Positions 48,268 through 57,450 of a stretch of DNA of 64,000 nucleotides are shown piece after piece. Made by a program: the position numbers and the translations under genes. Source of the DNA: a virus; IMG/VR virus record IMGVR_UViG_3300025168_000067, positions 8,633-72,632 of that record, one strand, 5' to 3'. Below the pieces are notes generated by a model, which saw only the letters and a program-made list of their open reading frames with translations, ran no database searches and was not told the origin of the DNA. Each line of letters starts with the position of its first letter. Position 1 is the stretch's first letter.

Positions 48268-51200
48268 ATGGACTTTTCTACAGGCAATTGGTTCGGCTAT
48301 CTTCGAGAAGAAGTTTTAACAGAGGGGTTGAGAGACATCGGCTTGTCCGAGGTCATCGTTGATTTCATCGAGGACGGCATGCCAAATGCTCCCGAGAAGT
48401 CAAAGATGTACGCAGGCAATAACTGGAAAGAACACAAGTTGGGCAACCCCGGCTACATCGACAGCACTCAACAGAACTGGCTGAGTTTTATGGAGCGTAA
48501 CTTTGAAGATCAGATACAGCTTCCACGCGCAACCCACAATCCAGTCCAAGCACGCACGATTACTCCCTTCTCCATAAGCGATGCCGGCTCGGACGGCAAC
48601 GTCCGCGTCCGCGATTTCAGCCGGAAGCGCGTAGCATACGACGACGAAACCATCGAGCAAAACAAGAAGATCGCATTCGTCGCAGACAATATAAAGCAAG
48701 CGTGGGCAAAGCCCGCCGGCACTTGGCGCAAGACATTTATGAAAGCAGTGAAGGCACTGAGCAAAGCAGGTGTGCCTTCCGAGAAAGTTGAGGTTGTGAA
48801 AGAATATATCAATGAGCAGATGCTGTCTCAGTGGAAAACATACTGGGGCAGATATAACGAGTTATTCTCTTGGCTCAACGACGAACCAACGAACTACGAA
48901 ATGATCAAGGGTGATGATATTGACAACGCCTACCAAACTGCAGTGGATGACTTGGAGAACCGAGAAGATCCAGACAACATACTCCACACATTTGAGGACG
49001 GCTCGTACTGGTATAACTTGAATGTGTCTAACTGCGCCGTAGAGGGCGAGCGTATGGGACACTGTGGCGGTGACACTCGCGGTGTTCTAGTCTCACTCCG
49101 CAAACGCCAAAGCAAGCGCAAAGCATCCTCATCTTATATTACGATGACCTGGGGTGACGAGACCCTTTATCAGATCAAGGGACGCTCCAACGACGCACCC
49201 CCCGAAGAAATGTGGGATCACATCGACTGGTTTATTAAGAACGTGGGTATTACCTCAGTTCAAGAAAGCGGCGAGCACTCCAGCGATTATGATGGCTTCC
49301 GAGAGATGAATGATTATCTATCCACCCGAAACCGTCACGTCTTCTTTGCCGGTCAGATTGATGAAGCTGCCATCCAAGAAGCAGTAGAAGAGGCTGTCAA
49401 TGACTACGAGGCCGAAAACTCATCGATCTCCGGTGAAGTCCAAGGGCCAGACGAACACGGCGGCGAGGGAGTATATGTCTATATGACGGCCGATTGTGAG
49501 ATACAGATCGACCTAGGCTGGAAAGGGTTTGAACTCAGGAACAACGAATTCACCCCTACGATTGCTCCCAACGACACCACACGAGACACGCGCTTTGAAA
49601 CGATCCCGGATAACAATTGGGGAACCTCAGCGAGAAACTTTACCAGCGAAATAGACTTAGAGGAGCTTGGCTACGATTTACCCGGCGAAGGCGAGGTTGA
49701 ATGGAATATCAGAATGCTGACTGGCGCCCAACCAGAGGGCGAAGACATAGATCCAGACTATCCAGCGACCGCGCACCTTGAAATTTCGATACGTACCATG
49801 GAGCAGGAGTCCGCCGACGATGAAGACGATGCTGCCCGAAACATGCGATACTTTGGCGAGTCGGTTATAGAAAACTTCGAGGATAACTACGAAGAGCTTC
49901 GCGAGAAGGTGCGATCCCAACTAGCAGAAGGCGGCTATGCAGTCAAAACTCCATATGATCGCGAACGAACGGGTATGACCGAGCTGGATCTTGACAACTG
50001 GAAGATCTGGTCAGATGGTCCGAGACTAGAGTTTTGGTTCAGGCGTGGTCAGAGAGATGACAATGCTGTGTTAAACTCTGGCGGAGATATCGGCAGTGTC
50101 TCAAACATGATCAAGATGTGGGGTTTTGATGAAAACAGGGAAGGACACATGGATGGAATATACCGCAAGATGTTTGGGTCACCTTCTGTTGGCCGGCCCT
50201 TGCGTGTAGAGAACGATGATCTGAGCCGCAACATGGCAAGAAACTTAGAGAAACTTTACGCCGCAGCAGAAGGGGAGGCCACAGGACAGCAGCCGCTAGC
50301 CCTCGGCGCCAAATATGAAGCTCCTGCCGCTAGTATTGTATTGGCGAAAGACTCACGCTTTATCATCATGCCAGAGACAACATTAAAGAGGGATCAGTAC
50401 CCCTCCATGTTGCTCAATTGGAAGTATGAGATTGGGGTGGGCAGCAAGTCGTCGCCCGAAGAAGTTGAAGTTGTTAAAGACATTGTGCATTATTTTAACG
50501 CACGTCCCGACATGGTGGAGGAAGCTGCAAAGGAAACAATCCGCACATCCATACAGGGATTAGAAGCGCTTGCAGATGCCACCAAGAACGATGTAATGTC
50601 GGGCAAGTGGCCCCAGAGCGCCATCCAACATATTGACAGCCGGTACGGAGCCGCGGCCATGTCAGGCTCCGACACCAATGCTGAGCGTATTATAATGATC
50701 ACTACGTGGATCAAGGAAAACTTTGATCAGATGGGTGAAGTTGAGAGGTGGGTTGCTTGGTTCAGGTTTTTGAAGCCACTGAAAGAGGGATATTTTAACA
50801 TAGCTCGCGGCGGAGATATCGAGATGGACGACGATGCCAACATTGGCCGGCCCGAGAATTGGAGCAGAAAAGTCAAAGAACAGATGACGCGTTTAGGAAC
50901 CTACGGCGGCACCGTGAGGAACTATGCCGGCGTTTCGATCCAAGAGAATATAGAAGATCAGATTGAGAGAATTGAAAGACTTTTGCAGGAGAAGGATACA
51001 AATTATGATCTCCGCATTTATAGTATAGTGATGGATGTTTCAGTATCAAAAGATGTTGGTGGAGAGGTCCAGGAGACACAGACAGAGATCCGTGGTATCA
51101 ATGGTGTGACTACCGTACGAACGTTGGGTAACTTAACACCAACAGGGGTGACGCACACAGGTAAGTTCGAGATCAAGTTTGAGATCTTGGGAGGTATGAG

Positions 51201-51777
51201 TCGCGTGAAATATAGGGATCGAGTTCTTATCCCCGGAATGGCACGAATCAATGGCTTAAAGATTTTGAGAGTCTCGCCAATACACAGAACTAACAAGCGT
51301 GGCACCATCAGAACAGTGCGCGAGGCGATGGAAAATGCCATTAACGAGGCAGGGTTTGGAGGTATGGCTGGTGCGATGAGTTCGGTGCGCACACAGAATA
51401 CGCGCACGATGCCCACACCCCGCGGGACATTGGATGATATAATGGCTGACTGGCGGGATGGCGGCGTGATGACATATGACGCACCGATGGACACAACAGA
51501 CATGCGGTATCATGTGATGATGCCAGTGGAGGAGATGTGGGAAATCATATGCCGGTCACAAACAAAAGGCTCTGGCCCAATGTTTAGAGCGCCCAAAGAT
51601 GGTTTCGATGGAATGTATCAGAACTTTATTAGAAATGGCGCCACCGCTCCTGTGTATATAGCAATCGGCAAGAACGGCAAAATAAAAGTAACAGGCAACG
51701 AAGACTTGATTTGGTATGCCAAAGAAAGCGGCTTAGAAGAATTACCAGTGTTTCTCTCGTATCAAAGTCAAGTATAA
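48268..51777 (+). CDS. Large multidomain protein (PcfJ-like segment, C-terminal ParB-like segment), probably virion-packaged
   Basis: EGERMGHCGG..VSLR..YQIKGRSN; C-terminal NGATAPVYI..YAKESGLEELPV; LxE motifs; ACTATTTA upstream. Confidence 0.5.
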   Translation: MDFSTGNWFGYLREEVLTEGLRDIGLSEVIVDFIEDGMPNAPEKSKMYAGNNWKEHKLGNPGYIDSTQQNWLSFMERNFEDQIQLPRATHNPVQARTITPFSISDAGSDGNVRVRDFSRKRVAYDDETIEQNKKIAFVADNIKQAWAKPAGTWRKTFMKAVKALSKAGVPSEKVEVVKEYINEQMLSQWKTYWGRYNELFSWLNDEPTNYEMIKGDDIDNAYQTAVDDLENREDPDNILHTFEDGSYWYNLNVSNCAVEGERMGHCGGDTRGVLVSLRKRQSKRKASSSYITMTWGDETLYQIKGRSNDAPPEEMWDHIDWFIKNVGITSVQESGEHSSDYDGFREMNDYLSTRNRHVFFAGQIDEAAIQEAVEEAVNDYEAENSSISGEVQGPDEHGGEGVYVYMTADCEIQIDLGWKGFELRNNEFTPTIAPNDTTRDTRFETIPDNNWGTSARNFTSEIDLEELGYDLPGEGEVEWNIRMLTGAQPEGEDIDPDYPATAHLEISIRTMEQESADDEDDAARNMRYFGESVIENFEDNYEELREKVRSQLAEGGYAVKTPYDRERTGMTELDLDNWKIWSDGPRLEFWFRRGQRDDNAVLNSGGDIGSVSNMIKMWGFDENREGHMDGIYRKMFGSPSVGRPLRVENDDLSRNMARNLEKLYAAAEGEATGQQPLALGAKYEAPAASIVLAKDSRFIIMPETTLKRDQYPSMLLNWKYEIGVGSKSSPEEVEVVKDIVHYFNARPDMVEEAAKETIRTSIQGLEALADATKNDVMSGKWPQSAIQHIDSRYGAAAMSGSDTNAERIIMITTWIKENFDQMGEVERWVAWFRFLKPLKEGYFNIARGGDIEMDDDANIGRPENWSRKVKEQMTRLGTYGGTVRNYAGVSIQENIEDQIERIERLLQEKDTNYDLRIYSIVMDVSVSKDVGGEVQETQTEIRGINGVTTVRTLGNLTPTGVTHTGKFEIKFEILGGMSRVKYRDRVLIPGMARINGLKILRVSPIHRTNKRGTIRTVREAMENAINEAGFGGMAGAMSSVRTQNTRTMPTPRGTLDDIMADWRDGGVMTYDAPMDTTDMRYHVMMPVEEMWEIICRSQTKGSGPMFRAPKDGFDGMYQNFIRNGATAPVYIAIGKNGKIKVTGNEDLIWYAKESGLEELPVFLSYQSQV

Positions 51778-51803
51778 CACAGTATCGTCATACTTATTAT
51801 AGT

Positions 51804-52574
51804 ATGAATAGGTTTTTAAAATGGGTAAAAGTGCTATTTTGGGCCGGCTTAGGTGCCATGGCGACCCTCTCAATAATAACAGCCATCGCCTACGAACAAT
51901 ATCATTTTCCAACACAAACAGAAATACAAGATCCAACAAATATAAGCACAGAATATTCAGGAGATTACCAGAGAACCATACTCAAGTCAAGGATGAGTTC
52001 GGTTTTAATAGTATCGGGAGATTTCTTATCAGGAATGACTGCGACTCAGTCCGCTACTTATTTTGTCGCTAACGACACTCCATATATAATAACGACAGCC
52101 CATGGCATTCTTGGCCCGTGCTTTCTAGTAGCTGTATCCCACGAAGAAGAGACAATAGGATGCACCGACTATATGATAATTGATAGAGAAGCAGATTACG
52201 CGATTATAAAGATAGAAGATAAATTTTTTAATAGGACACCAATAAGAATACCGGAAGACTTACCTTTAGGAAAAGAATGGAAGAAATCGTACTCGATTTT
52301 AAGCAAAATAATATATACAGGATATCCAAATATGGTTGGCCCTTTAACTTTAAAGGGAGATGTGGTAGGATATACTGGTGGAGAATTGGTTTATATCTTC
52401 TCACATGCATACAGTGGCTCATCGGGGTCCGGCGTATTTTCAACAGATGGAAAGTATATAGGAATGATAATGGCGATAGATGTGGGCCAAAATGAGCTTG
52501 GTGTCGATGTTTTAGAGAATATTGTTATTGTAACTCCTTCCTTTAAAATAGACTGGGCCGTAGTTTTAGACTAA
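51804..52574 (+). CDS. Membrane-anchored trypsin-like serine protease
   Basis: N-terminal TM, ITTAHG, DYAII, SGSSGSGVF. Confidence 0.8.
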   Translation: MNRFLKWVKVLFWAGLGAMATLSIITAIAYEQYHFPTQTEIQDPTNISTEYSGDYQRTILKSRMSSVLIVSGDFLSGMTATQSATYFVANDTPYIITTAHGILGPCFLVAVSHEEETIGCTDYMIIDREADYAIIKIEDKFFNRTPIRIPEDLPLGKEWKKSYSILSKIIYTGYPNMVGPLTLKGDVVGYTGGELVYIFSHAYSGSSGSGVFSTDGKYIGMIMAIDVGQNELGVDVLENIVIVTPSFKIDWAVVLD

Positions 52575-52596
52575 TTACAGGAACGAGGAACAATCA

Positions 52597-52800
52597 ATGG
52601 AAGAAAAGAAAAGCAAGCAGTGTCTCACTGCGATGCTAAAAAAGTTTAGCTCACTCGACAATCAGATTTCACGTATTAAAGATCAGTTAGACGAACTTAG
52701 AAAACTTATGATCGATGGAGAACCCATCGGTGAAACCAAAGAGGATATATGTTTAGTAACAGAAGCAACATTATTAACACCAACCAAGGAAGACACGTAA
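52597..52800 (+). CDS. Hypothetical coiled-coil protein
   Basis: SD GAGG; co-oriented. Confidence 0.45.
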   Translation: MEEKKSKQCLTAMLKKFSSLDNQISRIKDQLDELRKLMIDGEPIGETKEDICLVTEATLLTPTKEDT

Positions 52801-53159
52801 TGTCAGATGATAATGTAATAGGGTTAGAGATTTCTCCCATAGAGGGGCCAATGTCGATCGAGCCAGAAGACCTGAAGCCTAAGAAGCCCAGCAACAGAGC
52901 ACCAGAGGGCATTAGAACTTTCACTGTATGTCGTCAAAGTGACGAGACTGGCATCTCAGGCGAGGGCGTAGTCATTGAGGGTGCTACCTTCGCAACAGGA
53001 CACACAGTAATACACTGGCTTACACCAGCCCCCCGCGGCAGTATTGCGTTCTTTGATGCGTTTGACGACTTCTTAAAAATTCATATTAAGCCTCATCCAA
53101 CAAATAGAACTATTATTACATTTGAAGATGGCGAACAAGCCACTTACGACGGAGGATAA
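52800..53159 (+). CDS. Phage hypothetical protein
   Basis: RTFTVCRQSDETGISGEGVVIEG..F..G..VIHW pattern; TAATG coupling. Confidence 0.6.
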   Translation: MSDDNVIGLEISPIEGPMSIEPEDLKPKKPSNRAPEGIRTFTVCRQSDETGISGEGVVIEGATFATGHTVIHWLTPAPRGSIAFFDAFDDFLKIHIKPHPTNRTIITFEDGEQATYDGG

Positions 53160-53217
53160 TGGCAGAGTATATTGCACCTCCGTGATTCGTATAAAGATTT
53201 AGGAACTATTTACTATT

Positions 53218-54135
53218 ATGAATGGAATGAGTTGGAAAGATTTTGTTGATAGCCTTCACGAAGTTGAAGCATATCAACAGAAGGTGAAGAGGGCACCCCG
53301 TGATAAGCTCACCAAACGAGGCCCACAACGCAAAGGGGGCGCCCCGTTTGATGAGGAGCCCAATCCTATCAATAAGTCGGCAGCGCCGGCCCAGGGTAAC
53401 GTGGGCCTTGAAGAAGAAGTTGAACCGGAGTCATTCGATTCACACGACACTCTTGCAACAGGTATTTGGATAGATGGCGACCGAGTTGCACCCAAGGTGG
53501 TGGCCCGCCTAAATAAAATAGCACAAGATTTCATAGACAGTCTTCCGGTTGAAATAGATATAGAAGACATTAGACTGACGGGCTCTCTCGCAAACTATAA
53601 TTGGTCGAACTACTCCGATGTAGATCTTCACATCATTGTCGATTTTCTTGGTATTGACGAGAACAAAGTACTTGTTAAAGCGTTCTTTGATAATGCGAGA
53701 ATGCGATGGAACAACAGACACCAGATCAGAATGAAGGGCTATGATGTTGAAATATATGTGGAAGATTCAAGAGAACAACACGTATCGTCAGGTGTGTATT
53801 CTTTGATGAACGGTGAGTGGGTAACAAAACCACGCAAATATCGCAAGAGCATTGATTTTCCTGCCGCGCGCCGCAAAGCAGCCGACTTGGAATTCCAAAT
53901 AAACATTATCGACAACCTCATCACTGCAAAAAAATTAAAGAGCGCCCTGAAGAATGTTGAACGAGTTAAAAGAAAGATAAAGAACATGCGTCATGCTGGC
54001 TTGGAGAGTACACACAAAGAGTTTTCAATTGAAAATATTGCCTTTAAAATCTTGCGAAGAAATGGTATGTTAGGTGTGCTCGATGAATTTAAACATAAAA
54101 TATATGATGACATGATGACGGTCAAAGAGGAATAG
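53218..54135 (+). CDS. Pol-beta superfamily nucleotidyltransferase
   Basis: LTGSLANYNW..SDVDLH (GS..DxD), YDVEIYVED, EFSIENIAFKILRRNG. Confidence 0.8.
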   Translation: MNGMSWKDFVDSLHEVEAYQQKVKRAPRDKLTKRGPQRKGGAPFDEEPNPINKSAAPAQGNVGLEEEVEPESFDSHDTLATGIWIDGDRVAPKVVARLNKIAQDFIDSLPVEIDIEDIRLTGSLANYNWSNYSDVDLHIIVDFLGIDENKVLVKAFFDNARMRWNNRHQIRMKGYDVEIYVEDSREQHVSSGVYSLMNGEWVTKPRKYRKSIDFPAARRKAADLEFQINIIDNLITAKKLKSALKNVERVKRKIKNMRHAGLESTHKEFSIENIAFKILRRNGMLGVLDEFKHKIYDDMMTVKEE

Positions 54136-54381
54136 ATGAAGTTCTGTGACATTGATAAAGATGCAAAGGTATTCCCTGGTGAATATATCTTATATGAACC
54201 GAAGAACCAGATTGTTTTATGCGGCGCATTTAATAGAAAAGAAAACTTTATTCGTGTTCTCCACAATGGGCGCCTTTTGCAAGATAAAATAGAAAACTTT
54301 AAAAAAATAGAGCTTTCCAAGAAGGAGAGAAAACAAAAAACGGGCGGCTGTAAGAAGTGTGGCAAAAGCAATGTCCTATAA
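54136..54381 (+). CDS. Hypothetical protein
   Basis: Co-oriented; terminal CKKC. Confidence 0.5.
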   Translation: MKFCDIDKDAKVFPGEYILYEPKNQIVLCGAFNRKENFIRVLHNGRLLQDKIENFKKIELSKKERKQKTGGCKKCGKSNVL

Positions 54382-54649
54382 ATCGAAGTTGAATAGTGGA
54401 TATGTTAGCGTCGGGCCGTTTTTAGAAGCTGAAAAAGCAGTATCGGAGTTTATAGAAAACATGTACTTTACAGTTCTTATGAATGAATCAATGAAAGAGC
54501 GAAAACAGATTCAGAAAATCTATGATGCGGCCATCAGAGAAAATGATCACGAAGCAGAGAGTGTCGCCAAAAAACAATTACAGGCCGCCGATAATATGCT
54601 GGCCTTGGCCTTGACCAGCATAGAGTACGATGAAGCTTCAGAAGTATGA
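54359..54649 (+). CDS. Hypothetical protein
   Basis: Co-oriented, coupled to neighbours. Confidence 0.5.
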   Translation: MAKAMSYKSKLNSGYVSVGPFLEAEKAVSEFIENMYFTVLMNESMKERKQIQKIYDAAIRENDHEAESVAKKQLQAADNMLALALTSIEYDEASEV

Positions 54650-54909
54650 CAAACATTTATGCGTACTGTCTGTTCGGTCAAAACGAGATGTTTTGTGGTG
54701 TCTATTCATCACTTAGGGCCGCACATCGTGATGCTTTGAAGCTGTGCAATAAAGGAAGCTCGGAGGTTTTTCTAAAATCGGATGAAGAGTATCTAAAGCC
54801 TTCATTGAAAACAATTAAAAAAATGTTTAAAGGTGAATTCGATACAAAAGTACAATACATTTCGTCATCGACCTCAGCCACCATTATAAAGACTAGGTTA
54901 AAAGAATGA
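54646..54909 (+). CDS. Hypothetical protein
   Basis: GVYSS..AA motif; ATGA overlaps. Confidence 0.5.
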   Translation: MTNIYAYCLFGQNEMFCGVYSSLRAAHRDALKLCNKGSSEVFLKSDEEYLKPSLKTIKKMFKGEFDTKVQYISSSTSATIIKTRLKE

Positions 54910-55166
54910 AAGAAGTTTATATTGTATATGGCATCACAGATTGTCCTGCATGCCTCCGTGCATGCGCACTGCTTATGGAAAACGATCACGAGTACACGTT
55001 TGTGAATACCGATTTCTCTACTTCTTACCGCGCTCACGTAAAAAAGACGTTCCGTTGGAAAACGATGCCGGTGATTGTTGTATGGAGCGGCATAGATCAA
55101 CAACTGGTTGGGGGTTATGATGACCTTGTGTATGCCTTGGAAAAAGAGCCCAAGGCCGGCTCCTGA
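54906..55166 (+). CDS. Glutaredoxin
   Basis: CPAC, KTMPVI, VGGYDDL. Confidence 0.85.
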   Translation: MKEVYIVYGITDCPACLRACALLMENDHEYTFVNTDFSTSYRAHVKKTFRWKTMPVIVVWSGIDQQLVGGYDDLVYALEKEPKAGS

Positions 55167-55221
55167 GCGCCGTAAAAGACACAGTTTGTGTTAAATAAAA
55201 ACCACAACAATAGTTAGTTAT

Positions 55222-55470
55222 GTGGAACTTAAACGCGGCGATTTGATACGGTGGGTGGTGGATCATGAGATCTATGAGGCATCGGGCGACGTTTTGGTTG
55301 GTATTTGTCCTAATTATAGACATGGAATCATCATGGAGGTTTCACATAAAGATCCAAATGCAATAATGGTTTACTGCTATGATTGTAAAACAAGAAAGGA
55401 GAACAATTGGATGATACTCAACCGAGAATATGATAAACTTGAAGTCTTGAGTGGTGAATCCAGTGGGTAA
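55222..55470 (+). CDS. Small xRGDL-type SH3-like protein
   Basis: LKRGDLIRW..GIIMEV..LEVLS. Confidence 0.6.
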   Translation: MELKRGDLIRWVVDHEIYEASGDVLVGICPNYRHGIIMEVSHKDPNAIMVYCYDCKTRKENNWMILNREYDKLEVLSGESSG

Positions 55471-55759
55471 ATTTTCTTTAGGCGGCAAGATGCCAAAGCA
55501 GGATGCTATTAACTCCCTGATTTTAAAGGTATCAGAATATTATGATGGGCGCTACGATGTATTCTTTACAAGCGATGATGGCGGAAGTGTGTTAGAAGTG
55601 ATGGTGGAGGTGCCAGAACCCAGCGAGCCTTTCGATGAACAGGTACCTAACTTCCCTCCTATTTTTGACATCATACCTAAGTGGGGTGGCTGGAGAACTG
55701 TGATAACCAAGGTTCCTCCTGAATATATCGACTATGTGCATCTTAGAAAAGATGACTAA
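55451..55759 (+). CDS. Hypothetical protein
   Basis: Co-oriented ORF. Confidence 0.5.
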   Translation: MVNPVGKFSLGGKMPKQDAINSLILKVSEYYDGRYDVFFTSDDGGSVLEVMVEVPEPSEPFDEQVPNFPPIFDIIPKWGGWRTVITKVPPEYIDYVHLRKDD

Positions 55760-55792
55760 AGGACCAAATGTGGTTTTTAGAGCAGATATTCC

Positions 55793-55821
55793 TTGACTTT
55801 TATCTTAAAATGCCCTATATT
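55793..55821 (+). promoter_or_regulatory. sigma70-type promoter
   Basis: TTGACT-N17-TATATT, then SD AAGGAG and ATG at 55846. Confidence 0.65.
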
Positions 55822-55845
55822 ATAGAGGACGCAAAGGAGAGCGTT

Positions 55846-56487
55846 ATGAACACAGCCAAGAAAATCGAGTCTGCCCTATCACTCGCAGTTTGCGGTGGGT
55901 GGGACCGCAAGTTCTTGGAGTCTGTTCTTTCGCAAATAGAAAAGGGCCGTGACTTGTCTGTGAAGCAGCGTCAGGCGCTTGGTAAGGTGTTGGCCCGCAA
56001 TACACCTGAAGCGGACACACAACACGCCTCGTGGGCTGTTATATATGATAGGGAACATAAAGCGGCTGCCAAGATCCTAGCGATGTATCATATACACCAA
56101 CCATACTATCGTCCAATGTCCAAAGATATTCTCAAAGGTATCGTGCCCGGCCGCAACAAGTATTTGCGAATGGCAGACAACAAATACTCTAAAAAGGTTT
56201 TACATGAAGCTGAAAGAGCGCCACGGTTTGATACTAATACCTACGTCGTTCCTCGCGCGATGTTTGACTCGCACAAAAACATTGAGTTTCAGACAGATAT
56301 GATCTGGACCCACCAAAATAAGATCATTCGCAATTTCAAAAAGCGCGGCGGCTTTGTTGTTGCTGTGCTACCTGACATTCGTTCTGCTGCGAAGGGTGCA
56401 AAAAGATATAAGTTACTTCCCATAGGTGAAACAACTCCCATTATTGTTGAGGAGCGCTTTTTAAAGGCCGCCAAGAAAAAGAAATAG
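55846..56487 (+). CDS. Hypothetical protein
   Basis: Start reassigned from promoter and SD; WDRKFLESV..LSVKQ motif. Confidence 0.6.
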   Translation: MNTAKKIESALSLAVCGGWDRKFLESVLSQIEKGRDLSVKQRQALGKVLARNTPEADTQHASWAVIYDREHKAAAKILAMYHIHQPYYRPMSKDILKGIVPGRNKYLRMADNKYSKKVLHEAERAPRFDTNTYVVPRAMFDSHKNIEFQTDMIWTHQNKIIRNFKKRGGFVVAVLPDIRSAAKGAKRYKLLPIGETTPIIVEERFLKAAKKKK

Positions 56488-56512
56488 TTGATAGGCGCCC
56501 CTACTTAATAGT

Positions 56513-56758
56513 ATGACGGATCAACACACGGAAGCGCGCTATAAGATCGGTGATTTTGTTAGATGTGCTTATGACTTTTATCACTTCTTTTCATATTGGT
56601 ACGATGAAGAAATAAGCGTCATGCCGTTTCATGGAGTTATTGTAGATATTTCATACGACGAAGGGTGGTACATGGAGTCAGTATATCAAATATATTGTTT
56701 GGATGGTCAATATCGCTTCTTTTTAGAAGATGAACTCGAATTAGTCTATGTCCCCTGA
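56513..56758 (+). CDS. Small YKIGDFV-type SH3-like protein
   Basis: YKIGDFVR..GVIVDI..EDELELV. Confidence 0.6.
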   Translation: MTDQHTEARYKIGDFVRCAYDFYHFFSYWYDEEISVMPFHGVIVDISYDEGWYMESVYQIYCLDGQYRFFLEDELELVYVP

Positions 56759-56778
56759 TGCCTTCCTGACAAAAAAGC

Positions 56779-56807
56779 TTGACACCACCATTGTAGTCGG
56801 TTATACT
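56779..56807 (+). promoter_or_regulatory. sigma70-type promoter for tRNA-Leu
   Basis: TTGACA-N17-TATACT, preceded by CTGATG/CTGACA 11 nt apart. Confidence 0.7.
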
Positions 56808-56832
56808 CTAAGAGTGAGAGACTGCACGACAT

Positions 56833-56918
56833 GGCCGAGTGGTGAAATGGTAAACACAGGAGACTTAAAATCTCCCGCCCGTTTGGGCTTGCGGGTTCGA
56901 TTCCCGCTTCGGCTACCA
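56833..56918 (+). tRNA. tRNA-Leu(TAA)
   Basis: Cloverleaf with long variable arm, anticodon arm GGAGA-CTTAAAA-TCTCC, GTTCGA, encoded CCA. Confidence 0.93.
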
Positions 56919-56937
56919 AACTAAACAAGAGAGCAAG

Positions 56938-57135
56938 ATGAAATATACTATTATTTACACAGATGCAGAAGGAAACTGGAAGACGACAACTTGCGTTTCT
57001 TCCCATGATAAACATGTAGCTTGGACAGATGTTCAGCAATATCTTAGTGAAGGAGATACAATTCATTTACTTTCGCCAGGAGATCAGATTATTTATTCGG
57101 AGAATGATATAAAAGTGGCAGATACGCCGATGTAG
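56938..57135 (+). CDS. Hypothetical protein between tRNAs
   Basis: 65-aa ORF whose stop lies inside tRNA-Thr. Confidence 0.45.
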   Translation: MKYTIIYTDAEGNWKTTTCVSSHDKHVAWTDVQQYLSEGDTIHLLSPGDQIIYSENDIKVADTPM

Positions 57136-57201
57136 CTCAATTGGTAGAGCAACGGTTTTGTAAACCGTAGGTTGCGGGTTCGAGTCCCATCATCGGCACC
57201 A
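57126..57201 (+). tRNA. tRNA-Thr(TGT)
   Basis: GCCGATG/CATCGGC acceptor, ACGGT-TTTGTAA-ACCGT, CCA. Confidence 0.93.
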
Positions 57202-57202
57202 C

Positions 57203-57257
57203 TTTACACTTCTCTAACAATTTTCTACTTGACAACAGGCGCCCTCAATGCTATATT
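57203..57257 (+). promoter_or_regulatory. Early promoter module (degenerate triple-TGACA type)
   Basis: TTTACA(57203), CTAACA(57214), TTGACA(57229)-N17-TATATT. Confidence 0.65.
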
Positions 57258-57280
57258 TATAGTATAGAAAGGAGAATTAT

Positions 57281-57357
57281 ACATCCTTAGCTCAGTTGGA
57301 TAGAGCATCGGCCTTCTAAGCCGAGGGTCGTTGGTTCGAGCCCAACAGGATGTACCA
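57281..57357 (+). tRNA. tRNA-Arg(TCT)
   Basis: ACATCCT/AGGATGT acceptor, TCGGC-CTTCTAA-GCCGA, CCA. Confidence 0.94.
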
Positions 57358-57365
57358 TATAACAT

Positions 57366-57443
57366 GCGGGCGTAGCATATGACGGTGAATGCACTGTTCT
57401 TATAAAGCAGAGAGTGTGGGTTCAAGTCCCACCGCCCGTACCA
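57366..57443 (+). tRNA. tRNA-Ile(TAT)
   Basis: GCGGGCG/CGCCCGT acceptor, CTGTT-CTTATAA-AGCAG, GTTCAA, CCA. Confidence 0.88.
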
Positions 57444-57450
57444 TTTTTTT

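Noticed and set aside
55768-55845. N-terminal extensions given by the ORF track (also at 40165, 35223, 51711, 57902)
   Set aside because: They run through promoters or upstream genes; downstream ATGs with an SD or start/stop coupling are better starts.
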